Below, piece by piece: positions 13,917 through 25,417 of a DNA stretch of 45,525 bases (positions within the stretch are counted from its first letter, which is position 1; the number at the start of each line of letters is the position of its first letter). The translations under genes and the position numbers were made by a program. Location of the stretch: NCBI RefSeq assembly GCF_006345805.1, contig NW_021834865.1, positions 1 through 45,525 on the forward strand, written 5' to 3'. The notes beneath the pieces are model-generated. The model was not told the DNA's origin. It saw nothing but the letters and a program-made list of their open reading frames with translations, and made no database searches. Source of the stretch: Octopus sinensis. Taxonomy: Eukaryota.

Positions 13917-13951
13917 TTTTATTATTGTTGTTATTGTTATCACCATCATCA

Positions 13952-14003
<52 letters not shown>

Positions 14004-14007
<4 letters not shown>

Positions 14008-14703
14008 TAATATTATTTTTTATATCGTGCTTTCACTTCACTACCGAGCGCAGCTTTGTGTGCCTTGGGTATGTGCTGTGATTTGTTGTGATGCTCTGAT
14101 GGTTATTGTATGGAAAATGTTCTGCGTAGGATGTGTGCAGTGCCTAGTAGTGCAATTTTCTGTATGTTATATGTGTTTGTAAGTCCTGGTGTTTTTGTCT
14201 GAATATTTTTTTATCATGCCTAATGCACCTACTATGATAGGAATTGTTTCTGTTTTTAGATTCCACATTCTAGTTACCTCTATTTCCAGGTCTTTGTATT
14301 TTGAGAGTTTCTCCATTTCTTTTAGAGACACGTTGTCATCCGCTGGAATTGATACATCAATTAGAAAGCATTTTTTTCTTCATGATCTCTGACAACTACA
14401 TCTGGTCTGTTGGCCTTAATTTCTCTATCTGTGTGTATCGGCATATCCCAGAGTATGGTTGCTTTCCCGTTTTCTGTGACCTTTTCTGGTGTGTGCCTAT
14501 ACATCTTTTTTCCGTTGTTCGCATAGCTTCCAATGTATGTAGGTTCCAACTCTGTCATGTCTGTGAATATATTCCTTCTTAGCCAGGACTGGGCAGCCAG
14601 AGGTAATATGATTTATTGTTTCTTGTCCATCTCCACATAGTCTGCAGTTACTTGTAATGTTTCTTTTCATTACATGTTTTTGGTAATTTCTGGTGGGAAG
14701 ACT

Positions 14704-14704
<1 letters not shown>
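14004..14704 (-). mobile_element. R4/Dong family A, 5'-truncated copy (CCHC + RLE + 3' UTR)
   Basis: Reverse complement of the 10400-11100 region; ORF text YRHTPEKVTENGKATILWDMPIHTDREIKANRPDVVV. Confidence 0.92.
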
Positions 14705-14757
<53 letters not shown>

Positions 14758-14910
14758 TATTATCATCATCATCATCAATCATCATCATCATCATCATCAT
14801 CACCATCACTATCACCATCACCATCACCATCATCATAATCATCATCATCATCATCATCATCATCATATCATCATCATCATTATCATTATTATTATTATTA
14901 TCACCATCAC

Positions 14911-14957
<47 letters not shown>

Positions 14958-15016
14958 ATCATCATCATCATCGTCATCATCACCATCACTATCACCATCA
15001 CCATCACCATCATCAT

Positions 15017-15091
<75 letters not shown>

Positions 15092-15170
15092 TATCATCAT
15101 CATCATCATCAATCATCATCATCATCGTCATCATCACCATCACTATCACCATCACCATCACCATCATCAT

Positions 15171-15264
<94 letters not shown>

Positions 15265-15376
15265 ATTATTATTATTATTGTAGTTGTTACTATTATTATC
15301 ATCATCATCATCATCATCATCGTCGTCGTCATCATCATCATCATCATCATTATCATCATCATCATCACCATTATTA

Positions 15377-15432
<56 letters not shown>
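14705..15432. repeat. Compound (ATT)/(ATC) microsatellite with higher-order repeat
   Basis: Variant block CATCACTATCACCATCACCATCACCATCATCATAATC recurs three times. Confidence 0.85.
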
Positions 15433-15434
<2 letters not shown>

Positions 15435-16912
15435 TCCTTCTTTCTTCAAATTTTCTTCCGTTCCTCGCCGAGTGTTTTCCATACACCTAGTGCAGAGAAG
15501 CTCATTGTATGCATTCCCAGATTACACACGCAAATTCACAGGTAAAATATGTATTTAAAAATTAATAAATAAATAAATTCATGGATGGATGTTGTTTTCA
15601 CAGCGAAAATGCTCTTCTCAGTACATAAGCCGTTCCAGTTAATACGATTTTTTGCACTTCCTGTAGGGATGGTAAGCCTGGAATCATTTTCAAATAGGTT
15701 TCAGTACCTTTTTTTTTATCATTCCTGGAGATCCTACAATCACTGGTGCTGTAGTCGTCTTGAGATGCCACATTTTTTCAATTTCTATTAGCATGTCTTT
15801 ATATTTACTAATCTTGTCAAATTCTTTCGCCGCTATATTGTGATCACAGGGAATACTCATGTCAATTAATAAACACATCTTTTTCGTCTGATCTTTTATA
15901 ATGATATCCGGTTTATTAGCTTTTATAGTCTTGTCGGTCTGTACGGGGAAGTCCCATAGAATCGACACATTTTCTCCCTCAGTCAGCTTCAGGATGATGT
16001 TTATACCATTTGTCAGCGTCTTTGATTTTATAATACCGACATATTGTCCAATGTAAATGCTGGCCGACTCTGTCATGTCTTGCTTTATATTCTGCAAGTG
16101 CTAAGACTCTACACCCTGAGATTAGGTGGTCTATTGTTTCAATCTCATCGTTACAGAATCGGCATTTTAGGTCAGCTCCATTTTTTATCACATTGGCTTG
16201 GTAGTTCCGGATAAATAAGCTTTGGTCTTGAGCAGCTAATATGAAACCTTCACTCTCTGCTTTTAGCCCTGAACTTCGTAACCATTGGTGCGTGTGTTTC
16301 TGGTCGACATCAGCTTGTTTGCTACGGGCCACATACTTGCCATGGGAAGGTTTCTGTTCCCATCTGCTAGCTAAATTTTCATGTGCTTTTGTCTTTGCAA
16401 TTAATTTTATTTTCTTTGCAGCTGCAGTTGGCGCATTTCCTTCAGCCTGCTCAATCTGGTGGGTATCTAAGAGATCAGCAGCGATTTTTTGGTCTATTTG
16501 AGAATAGAGTGAAGTTTTTTTTAGGTATTTCATGTTTTTCAACAAGTTTTAACATCTAATCGTTGGTTGCTTCAAGGTATTTGGCCAGTCCGATTGTAGT
16601 GGTTTTCTATGTAAGTTCAAGCTGGATCAAACCTCGACCTCCCTGAGCTCTGGGAAGGTAAAGGCGATCCACGTCTGCCTTTGGATGGTGCATCTTATTA
16701 CAAGTCAGTAGCTTGCGGATTTTCCTGTCAATTTTCATTATTTCACTAGTATTCCAGTTAAGCACATTGAAGCTATAAAGAACAACTGGTACTGCTAAGG
16801 AATTTATGGCTAAAACCTTATTATATGCATTCAGCTCAGACTTCAGGACTGCTCGGACTCTTCTATAACATTCCTTCCTAACCTTCTCTTTCATGCTTGC
16901 ATGCTGGATACC
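15433..16912 (-). mobile_element. R4/Dong family B, 5'-truncated
   Basis: YRRVRAVLKSELN..INSLAVPV..RLYLPRAQGGRGL, HGKY, WLRSSGLKAESEGFILAAQDQ, CRFC..ETIDHLISGC, RHDRV and ANKPDII..LIDMSIP. Stop at ~15598, a distinct ~165-bp 3' UTR, then an (AAT)n tail. Confidence 0.93.
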
Positions 16913-16913
16913 A

Positions 16914-16967
<54 letters not shown>

Positions 16968-17002
16968 GATTATTATGATTATTATTATTATTATTATTAT
17001 CA

Positions 17003-17073
<71 letters not shown>

Positions 17074-17092
17074 GTTATTATTATTATTATTA

Positions 17093-17280
17093 AATCGGTG
17101 TGTTAGCAGAATCGTTAGCACACCGAGCATAATACTTAGCGTCATTTCGCTCGTTGCTGCGTAGTAAGTTCAAATTCCGCCGACTTTGCCTTTCATCGTT
17201 TCGGGTTCGATAAATTAAGTACCCATCAAGAACTGGGGTCGCTGCAATCGACTATCCCCTTCCCTACAGATTCCAGTTTA
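17093..17280 (+). mobile_element. Decayed GGCGGCGAGCTGG-family SINE
   Basis: GCAGAATCGTTAGCAC..GTTCAAATTCCGCC..CTTTGCCTTTCATCGTTTCGGGTTCGATAAATTAAGTACC. Confidence 0.8.
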
Positions 17281-17396
17281 CAGTCCAACGGATTAATATT
17301 GTTATGATCATCATCATCATCATTATCATCATCATCATCATCCATTATCACCATTATCAACAGTTTTACTATAACCACTATTATTTTTCCTATTGC

Positions 17397-17447
<51 letters not shown>

Positions 17448-17451
<4 letters not shown>

Positions 17452-17833
17452 TAGTTTTATTTTTATAGCGTGCTTTCACTTCACTACCGAGCGCAGCTCT
17501 GTGTGCCTTGGGTATGTGCTGTGATTTGTTGTGATGCTCTGATGGTTATTGTATGGAAAGTGTTCTGCGTAGGATGTGTGCAGTGCCTAGTAGTGCAATT
17601 TTGTGTATGTTATATGTGTTTGTAAGTCCTGGTGTTTTTGTTATGTATTTGTCTGAATATTTTTTTATCATGCCTAATGCACCTACTATGATAGGAATTG
17701 TTTCTGTTTTCAGATTCCACATTCTGGTTATCTCTATTTCCAGGTCTTTGTATTTTGAGAGTTTCTCCATTTCTTTTAGAGACACGTTGTCATCTGCCGG
17801 TATTGATACATCAATTAGAAAGCATTTAAAACA

Positions 17834-17838
<5 letters not shown>
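17448..17838 (-). mobile_element. R4/Dong family A, short 3' copy
   Basis: CFLIDVSIPADDNVSLKEMEKLSKY...LLGTAHILRRTLSIQ* plus family A 3' UTR, flanked by (ATT)n. Confidence 0.93.
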
Positions 17839-17839
<1 letters not shown>

Positions 17840-17881
<42 letters not shown>

Positions 17882-17921
17882 CATATTTTATTATTATTAT
17901 TATTATTATATTATTATTATC

Positions 17922-17971
<50 letters not shown>

Positions 17972-17979
17972 CATTATTA

Positions 17980-18046
<67 letters not shown>

Positions 18047-18048
18047 TA

Positions 18049-18103
<55 letters not shown>

Positions 18104-18320
18104 CAGTTTACTGCAGTTATTGTTGTCCTCCTTCTGCTCCTCCCCCCTGATCCCCATCCTCCTCATCATTATTACTATTTTATTACAATCATAATCATTA
18201 TTATTATAATTATCATTATTATAATCGTTATTATTAATATTACCATTATTATTATCATTATTATCAATATCACTATTATTATTATTATTATGATTATTAT
18301 TATCATCATTATTATCATCA

Positions 18321-18351
<31 letters not shown>

Positions 18352-18365
18352 GATTATTATTATCA

Positions 18366-18432
<67 letters not shown>

Positions 18433-18478
18433 CGTTATTATTGTTATCATTATTGTTATTGTTATTATGGTTATTATT
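17840..18478. repeat. (ATT)n/(ATC)n microsatellite field
   Basis: Direct inspection. Confidence 0.9.
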
Positions 18479-18576
18479 AGGACAGTTAGCCACAGATAAA
18501 ATACGTTGCCCCGCAGAAGTATTTCAGATGTCTTATTAATGCAGCAAAAGATTTCTTCTGAAAGAATCCGTCATCC

Positions 18577-18652
<76 letters not shown>

Positions 18653-18939
18653 GAAGAAAGATAGTGGGGTGGTGGATGTTGTATGGAACTCTAAGTTTCG
18701 ATCTGAAACTTCCCTACACCTCTCCCGCACACCCCGGTTTTTTCCCCATAAACAGGTAATTCAATTTTCCGGATTTCACACTCAGCATTGCTTTACGCAC
18801 ACGAAGGAAAATTATGGACAACGAGGATATCCACGTGTCTGCATGTGTGTGCGTGTGTGTGCGTGTGTGTGTACGAGTGTGTTTATGTGCATGAAAGTGC
18901 TTTATACCTATATATATGTTCATGCATGTATATATGTAC

Positions 18940-19020
<81 letters not shown>

Positions 19021-19193
19021 CGTATATTATATATATATATATATATTTCATATATATGTATGTACATTGTGTATGTATAATGCGTAATGTATATATATAT
19101 ATGTATGTAATAATTATGTGTGTGTGTGTGAGTGTATGTCTATATATATATATTATATATATATATATATGATTATATATATATATATGTATG

Positions 19194-19246
<53 letters not shown>

Positions 19247-19564
19247 TACACTCACACACACACACATACATATACATATGTGCGAACCTATTATTTACAT
19301 ATTACCTATATATTGTAATACATGTGACCAAACCTTGCGTTTCTATATGTGAGTGCTGTCTACACGTATATACACGCAGGCGCATTTCCCCGAAGGATGA
19401 CTGAGAATAATTGGAAATATTTAGTCCACACACACACACACCACACGCAGATGGTGTGTCTGTGTGGATACAGAACGAAATACAAACACCTTTAAACACT
19501 CATACGCATACGCACGCTAACAATCGACACGCACATCACACAAACACATAACAATATACATACA

Positions 19565-20120
19565 TGTGTATGTATGTATGTATGTATGTATGTATGTATG
19601 TATGTATGTATGTATGTGGTATGTATGTGTGTAGTTATGTATGTATGTGTGATGTATGTATGTATGTATGTATGTGTGTATGTATGTTGTATGTATGTAT
19701 GTATGTATGTATTATGTATGTATGTATGTGTGTGTGTATGTTTGTGTGTGTATGTATGTATGTATGTATGTATGTTGTATGTATGTGTGTGTGTGTATGT
19801 ATTATGTATGTATGTATGTATTATGGTGTATGTATGTGTGTGTGTATGTTATGTGTGTATGTATGTATGTTGTGTATGTATGTATGTGTGTATGTATGTA
19901 TGTGGTAATGTATGTATGTTGTATGTATGTATGTATGTATGTATGTATGTATGTGTGTATGTATGTATGTATGTGTGTATGTATTGTGTATGTATGTATG
20001 TATGTATTATGTATGTATGTATGTATGTATGTATGTATGTGTGTGTATGTATGTATGTATGTATGTATGTGTGTATGTGTGTATGTATGTATGTATGTAT
20101 GTGTGTATGTATGTATGTGT
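19565..20120. repeat. (ATGT)n/(GT)n compound microsatellite
   Basis: Direct inspection. Confidence 0.9.
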
Positions 20121-20228
20121 CAGTCTGTCTGTCTGTTTAACTAGTTATGTCTGTCTATCTATCTATCTACCTATCTATGTGTTTGTATGTTTTTACGTCC
20201 GTTTCTTATTGCGTCTGTCTGTCTGTCA

Positions 20229-20273
<45 letters not shown>

Positions 20274-22094
20274 ATATATATATATATATGTATATATATC
20301 TGTGTGTGTGTGTACACGCCAACACACGCACACACACAAACACACAAACACACACATACAAACGCACATAGAGTCAGAGAAAAAAGGAGGAAATGGTGAA
20401 ACTGCAAAAGACTCTGCAATACATAAGATTAAGGATTTCCAATCCATGTATTACGTTTTTATTCTATTCATTTTTCTTCATTTTGAGACCCTGTAGGCAA
20501 TAGCAAACACACACATACACGCACCCACGCACACACACACACACAATCATCCACATAGACACACACATTCAGAATCACATGCTCTGATACATGGTAAATA
20601 CAGTTTTATTGATACACGCGTAGGGTTATGGAGGTGGAACATAAAACGTCGATGTGAAATAAATCCGACATGATTACGCTCACCTGATATAAATAAATTA
20701 ATAAATTTCATTATGACTCGAAGTAACACAATAACCCAGAATTGAAGAGAATATGGCCAGTAAAACATTGAAACATTTCCTCTAAAATTTGATTATTTTT
20801 GACGGTGAGCGCATGTGTTTTTGTGTATCTGTGCCCTGAACTAATCTGTCTTTGTGAGTACGAGTGTGTGTGTGTGTGTGTGTGTGGTTGTGTGTGTGTG
20901 TGTGGTGTGTGTGTGTGTGTGTGTATGTGCGAGCGTGTGTGTAGCTGTGTGTTTGTGTTATGTATGTCTTGGTAAGGAATGCTGGCGAAGGAGATAAACA
21001 TCAATGACAAAAAGAAGAAAACCATTTTCTTTGCAAGAATATCCTTTCTCGCATTCGTTCTGCAACAAGTTAAACATACGTCACTGATGACGTCAGAAAT
21101 ATTGTAAGCCAGAAATTGGATGACCTTTGAACGTGGGTAACCTACAGAGTCGTCTCTATAGCACTTTGTGTTGTAATTAATTGTAATTAATAAATGAAAT
21201 GTAATAAATGAATAACAAATAACGAATGTTGTCATGTTGTGTGTAACAATTGTATCGTATACCATATTTCGTGATATAAATATAAATATATATTTCTATA
21301 TTTTGTTATATACATATAAACATATACATTGTATATATATATATATATATATATATGTATCTTGTACGACTCTACTTCTGTCAGCCCTTTCACGCTTATT
21401 CGTTCATTCCACTCTTCGTTCTTTCGTTCCGCTCTCTCACATTTCTTTGCCTTCACTTCTTTCTCTCTTTCTCTCCCCTTTTCACTTCACTTTGACCCTG
21501 TCATTTTTCCCCACCTCTCCTTAATTCTTCTGTCCCTCTGCATCTACTTCTCTCTCTTCTCTTTCCCACGTGAACGGTGTTCTTTCTTTCTTGGTCTGGC
21601 CGTTGTCCGTGCAACATCGATATTCCTCTCTGTGTTTGTGAAACCCCGTATCCCTGCCGTAAGGCTTACATTTCCACACACGCCAGCTTAATTTAGTCCT
21701 TAGTCCTTAATCTAGTCCTCATGTCTTGTTATTATTTTTATTGTATTTGTGTTACCTTGTCCGTTTTTTCCGTCATTGTTTTTGTATACATTCACTGCTT
21801 TCTTCCAAGGAATCTAATGCTTTTAGCTTAGTTTTTTCCTTGGGGTTGGCCAGATTGGAGCAATCTCAAGTATAATCAGCCGAAATTGCGAAGATAATCT
21901 GGTACTTGACTGAGAAACAACTTCTAAAAACCCGTCCTTGTTTTCTTTATATCGTCTATCTGGATGTTTTGTTGTCCCATTTTTGTATCACCTAACTGTC
22001 CGGATGTTTTGGCGTTCTTGTCCCATTTTGTATTATATATATATATATATTATATATATATACATATATGCAAACATATCCACTCTCTCGCAGA

Positions 22095-22359
22095 TACTCT
22101 TTTACCTGTTTCAGTCACTTGACTGCGGCCATGCTGGAGCACCGCCTTTAGTCGAGCAAATCGACCCAAACGATGCAGGTGGGAGACAAACAGACATACA
22201 AATATATACATACATATACGACGGGCTTCTTTCAGTTTTCGTCTACCAAATCCACTCACAAAGCTTTGGTTGGCCCGAGGCTATAGTAGAAGACACTTGC
22301 CCAAGGTGCCACGCAGTGGGACTAAATCTCGGACCATGTGGTAGGTAATCAAACTACTT
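22095..22359 (-). mobile_element. Body of an internal-microsatellite tRNA SINE whose head lies at 23811-23849
   Basis: Reverse complement reads CCACATGG..GTCCCACTGCGTGGCACCTTGGGCAAGTGTCTTCTACTATAGCCTCGGGCC..GGCGGTGCTCCAGCATGGCCGCAGTC, the same family as 26915-27365. Confidence 0.85.
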
Positions 22360-22675
22360 TATTTCATAAAATTTGTCATCATAGACAGTACAAAGAGTGT
22401 GTAGATTTGCGGGCTGGACAAACACATTAATGAATGAAAATGAAATAGAAGGAATAAATGAGAGACGAAACCCAACACCCGCCGATTGGATTTTTCTCGA
22501 AAACATATTTTCTTTTTTTAAAATATCAGTATGAGGTTTCAAACCTCTTACAAGAAGGAGGCACTAAAACCTCTTACTTAACATGTTTTTTTAAAAACAC
22601 AATTGAGGTTATAAACCACTACAAATAATACAATAAGATGAGGTTTCAAACCCTATAACGAGGGTCCTTCACCTC

Positions 22676-22954
22676 CTACTCTTCAATATATCCATCGATA
22701 TATTCATCATTATCTTCAATGCTGCTTGAGCTACTGTATCCCGCCATTTCCCATGCCTCACTCATGTAGGACATGTAAGTCGTGTAAGGGCCACCCGGCC
22801 ATATGCGATACTTCTCCCCAAATCCTTTAAGCCTTTCCCACAAGAGAAACCTTATGATATCCACAGCTATCTGCGGAGGCCATTCGGGATCTCGTGTAAA
22901 GGGCATATCTACTGTCTCTTTATGTTCTTCTACTTTTTTTTCCACCTCCCCGAC
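22676..22954 (-). CDS. Orphan ORF 2 (or exon 2) of the insertion
   Basis: Open frame VGEVEKKVEEHKETVDMPFTRDPEWPPQIAVDIIRFLLWERLKG..WPGGPY..IEE*. Trp/Tyr-rich core and acidic tail. Preceded by a TCTTTTTCTATAAG acceptor-like site. Confidence 0.55.
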   Translation of the reverse strand, partial: VGEVEKKVEEHKETVDMPFTRDPEWPPQIAVDIIRFLLWERLKGFGEKYRIWPGGPYTTYMSYMSEAWEMAGYSSSSSIEDNDEYIDGYIEE

Positions 22955-22985
22955 CTTATAGAAAAAGATAATTAATTAACCATCT

Positions 22986-23327
22986 TTATGGGTGGGGGTG
23001 ATTTCTTCCACCGTGGGTGGCACAACAACGGGTGGAACAGTTTTTCCTTGCCTTCTGACTCGCAAACTGGCGAGTCTTTTCTCCGTTGTCAAACAGCAAC
23101 CATACGGTTGCATGTTTGACACCACGGGATATATATTTTAAAGAGGACAAATTGTCTTTAAGTTCATTTTTTATAACTTGTTTTGGGAAGACGATGATGG
23201 AATTAAGAACTTTAGAATAAGTTCTAAGCACCATCGTTTTCTCTTCCATATCTTTTAACCACTGCTTAGGCAGGTTAATTTCCCACTCTAAGACAGAGTT
23301 TTTCTTTTCAAGTTCCTTCTCTGCCAT
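22986..23327 (-). CDS. Orphan ORF 1 (or exon 1) of the insertion
   Basis: ATG at 23327 (GACATGG context); MAEKELEKKNSVLEWEINLPKQWLKDMEEK..VWLLFDNGEK. No family recognised. Confidence 0.55.
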   Translation of the reverse strand: MAEKELEKKNSVLEWEINLPKQWLKDMEEKTMVLRTYSKVLNSIIVFPKQVIKNELKDNLSSLKYISRGVKHATVWLLFDNGEKTRQFASQKARKNCSTRCCATHGGRNHPHP

Positions 23328-23810
23328 GTCAAAAAACAATTCAAAAGTAGTTCAAAAGACAGTCTGCCTAAAAATTAAACCGAATAAAAATAAAACAAAA
23401 TAAAAGAGGAGGAAAGGAAACTGAAATTAAAATAATGAAAAGAATGAACCAAAATTTAGAAAGAAAGAAAAATAGAAGGGCAGTAAAAGAAAAACCTCAC
23501 AAATAGCACAGACAGGGAATCCTTTGTATAATACTCCAAAAAGGTAATCCAAATGGCTTATTCTTGAAGTTCGGAAAAATTGTACTTTTTCTGGCGAGAT
23601 ACGCCCACTAGAATTTACAAAAAGAATTTTCGAGCAAAAATTCTCAATTCACCGTTACGGTGATGAGAACCCAGTATTTTGCTCGCTATAGCGAGCCATA
23701 ATTGACAATTTTCTTTTTGTTCTTTTATGTATTCACGGAGCCCAAAAAAACCCACACCTTGTCACTGTAACAGTCCAGACCAACTAGTATTGCATTCTGG
23801 GTAACCGGAA

Positions 23811-23849
23811 GTAAGCAAGCTAATTACCACACAGCCACTCCTGCGCCTA
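23811..23849 (-). mobile_element. Displaced head (A-box) of the SINE at 22095-22359
   Basis: Reverse complement TAGGCGCAGGAGTGGCTGTGTGGTAATTAGCTTGCTTAC matches the heads at 26915 and 39483. Confidence 0.85.
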
Positions 23850-24074
23850 CGTATGTAAATATGAACATTGATGAAGTGGTGTGAAGTAATCACCAGATGT
23901 TGGGTCTTACTGAGGAGATGATAAAAACCGAGACTTCTGGCGATTTAATGTGCTTGTGTAGACACGTCATACTGCTAAGTAAAAATCATGGCCATCCATA
24001 CATACAGGCATGTCCTTTACGGCTTTACCCCACCAACCATTACCTCTCTCATTCGAGGGGTGCTTGTCTTAGGA

Positions 24075-24372
24075 GCTAACGAGTGCTGGTGCGACATAAA
24101 AAGCATATATTTGAGTGTCGCATGGAGTCACTCGTGCCGGTGTCACGTAAAAGCACCCGTACCAGTGTCACACGAGAGGCAGCTATGCCAGTGCCACGCA
24201 GAGAACACCCATGGCAATCTGTACAGTGGCTGTGGTGAGAGAGAGCATCGAGTCTTAGAAACAATGCCAAAACGGATAATTGGAGACTTTCGCAGCTCTC
24301 CGCCTGGCCAGCTCTTGTCAAACCGTCCAATCATTGCCAACATCGTAAACAATCGTTAAATGATGATGATGA
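24075..24372 (+). mobile_element. Decayed SINE 3' part with (GAT)n tail (RTE-like tail suspected)
   Basis: Repeated GTGCYGGTG-CACGTAAAAGCACC units and CTTGTCAAACCGTCCAA...GTTAAATGATGATGAT end. Confidence 0.6.
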
Positions 24373-24666
24373 GGAGGAAGAGGAAGATGAGGAGGAAGAC
24401 GGAGATGATGATGATAATGATGAGGAGGCGGAAGCGGAGGAGGAGGAAGACGGAGATGATGATGATGATGATGTACTCTGTATATTTCATTCACTATTGT
24501 TCCGAGGCCCATTCAGTCCCTGTGCAGCAACAACCATTAGCGTCAATGCTGTGGGACAATCTGCATATTGGTGATTGCCTACCTAGTCACGCGCGAAGAA
24601 TGGATCCGGTGAATCCAGTGTAAGAAAGCATCATGGTTATTTTATAGACTTTTTATATTTTATAGA

Positions 24667-25339
24667 CTTTTTATTTTATAGACTTTTAATATATATGAGA
24701 CGGCGCTGATAGTTTTCTATATATAAGGATCTAATAAAATCTTGGAGTGACCACCAGAAGTCAAGTCATTAGTTTTAGGAAATTTAATAACTGCAAGCTG
24801 ACTCGATTTCTCTCTTCGTGGAATTAATGATATTGCAGGAATTCATTGCTGTTAATGCTTCCAGGGCTTAAGGCAGCCACGTTCAGCGGAATGGAAGGCG
24901 ACTGCGGCCAGACATTAATCAAGTGCGGAGAACAAGATGTAGCAACTAAGACCTTTTGGTTATGCTCTGCATGTGTCACCATCCCCAGTTGTCCTGACCT
25001 GGTCTTGCCGCTGTGTTGAAGCGGATCACGGACGAGAGGGTAAGGTTGATGATACGCAACTTAACTGAAAACAAGCTCATCGCGTCCGTTATCTCTCGTC
25101 CTTAAGGTTTACTAGATGGCCAGTGTTGCATCGACAGAGAAACATGTATATTTCATTATGTACATGTCACAAATACACACTATTTCGTTCTACACTCGCT
25201 AACATGTGCACATTTGAATGCAGGATATACATAGATATATGTACTCACTATTATATACGTGTTAATAAGTGCACTCATCAATTCATCATATATATACATT
25301 TAACTATATCTCATGTAAGTATATGCACTTTCTGTCTCA

Positions 25340-25417
<78 letters not shown>

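Larger units (their letters stand above)
22360..23810 (-). mobile_element. Unclassified 1.45-kb insertion with orphan ORFs
   Basis: Splits a SINE. Flanked by GTAATCAAACTACTT (22345-22359) and GTAAGCAAGCTAATT (23811-23825), 12/15 identical. Non-repetitive, protein-like ORFs. Confidence 0.75.

Noticed and set aside
21080-21115. CTGATGA CGTCA GAAA TATT GTA as a hammerhead
   Set aside because: No helix II can form and stem I does not pair. It is better explained by a TGACGTCA palindrome, and a lone CRE-like 8-mer is not evidence of regulation.
20960-21170. Signal-peptide-like minus frame MVFFFLSLMFISFASIP
   Set aside because: It runs into a CA repeat with no splice donor; hydrophobic runs are expected in T-rich DNA.
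21688-21720. (TTAGTCC)-like triplet as a telomeric seed
   Set aside because: It is not TTAGGG and there are only three imperfect units.
21860-21945. HHR-like remnant CTGAGAA..AAAA..GTC in a Penelope-looking repeat (21720-22035)
   Set aside because: Core positions are mutated and I cannot pair stem I; family identity is not supportable by eye.
22352-22358. ACTACT as a Polinton terminus for the orphan insert
   Set aside because: It is in the wrong orientation and belongs to the duplicated SINE target sequence.
22530-22660. CRISPR-like repeat/spacer array
   Set aside because: Eukaryotic context, degenerate 14-16-bp repeats, irregular spacing and no cas genes.
23893-23940. GTC TTA CTGAGGA ... 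GAGAC as a type III hammerhead
   Set aside because: No stem I, GAAA is replaced by GAGA, and there is no helix II.
24760-24870. GAAA-TCGA-GTC motif in the 217-bp inverted-repeat arm (minus)
   Set aside because: The CUGANGA core is absent (CTGGAAG) and no helix II abuts GAAA.
24884-25110. GC-richer frame ending at an AGG/GTAAGG donor-like site
   Set aside because: In-frame stop and no recognisable motif.
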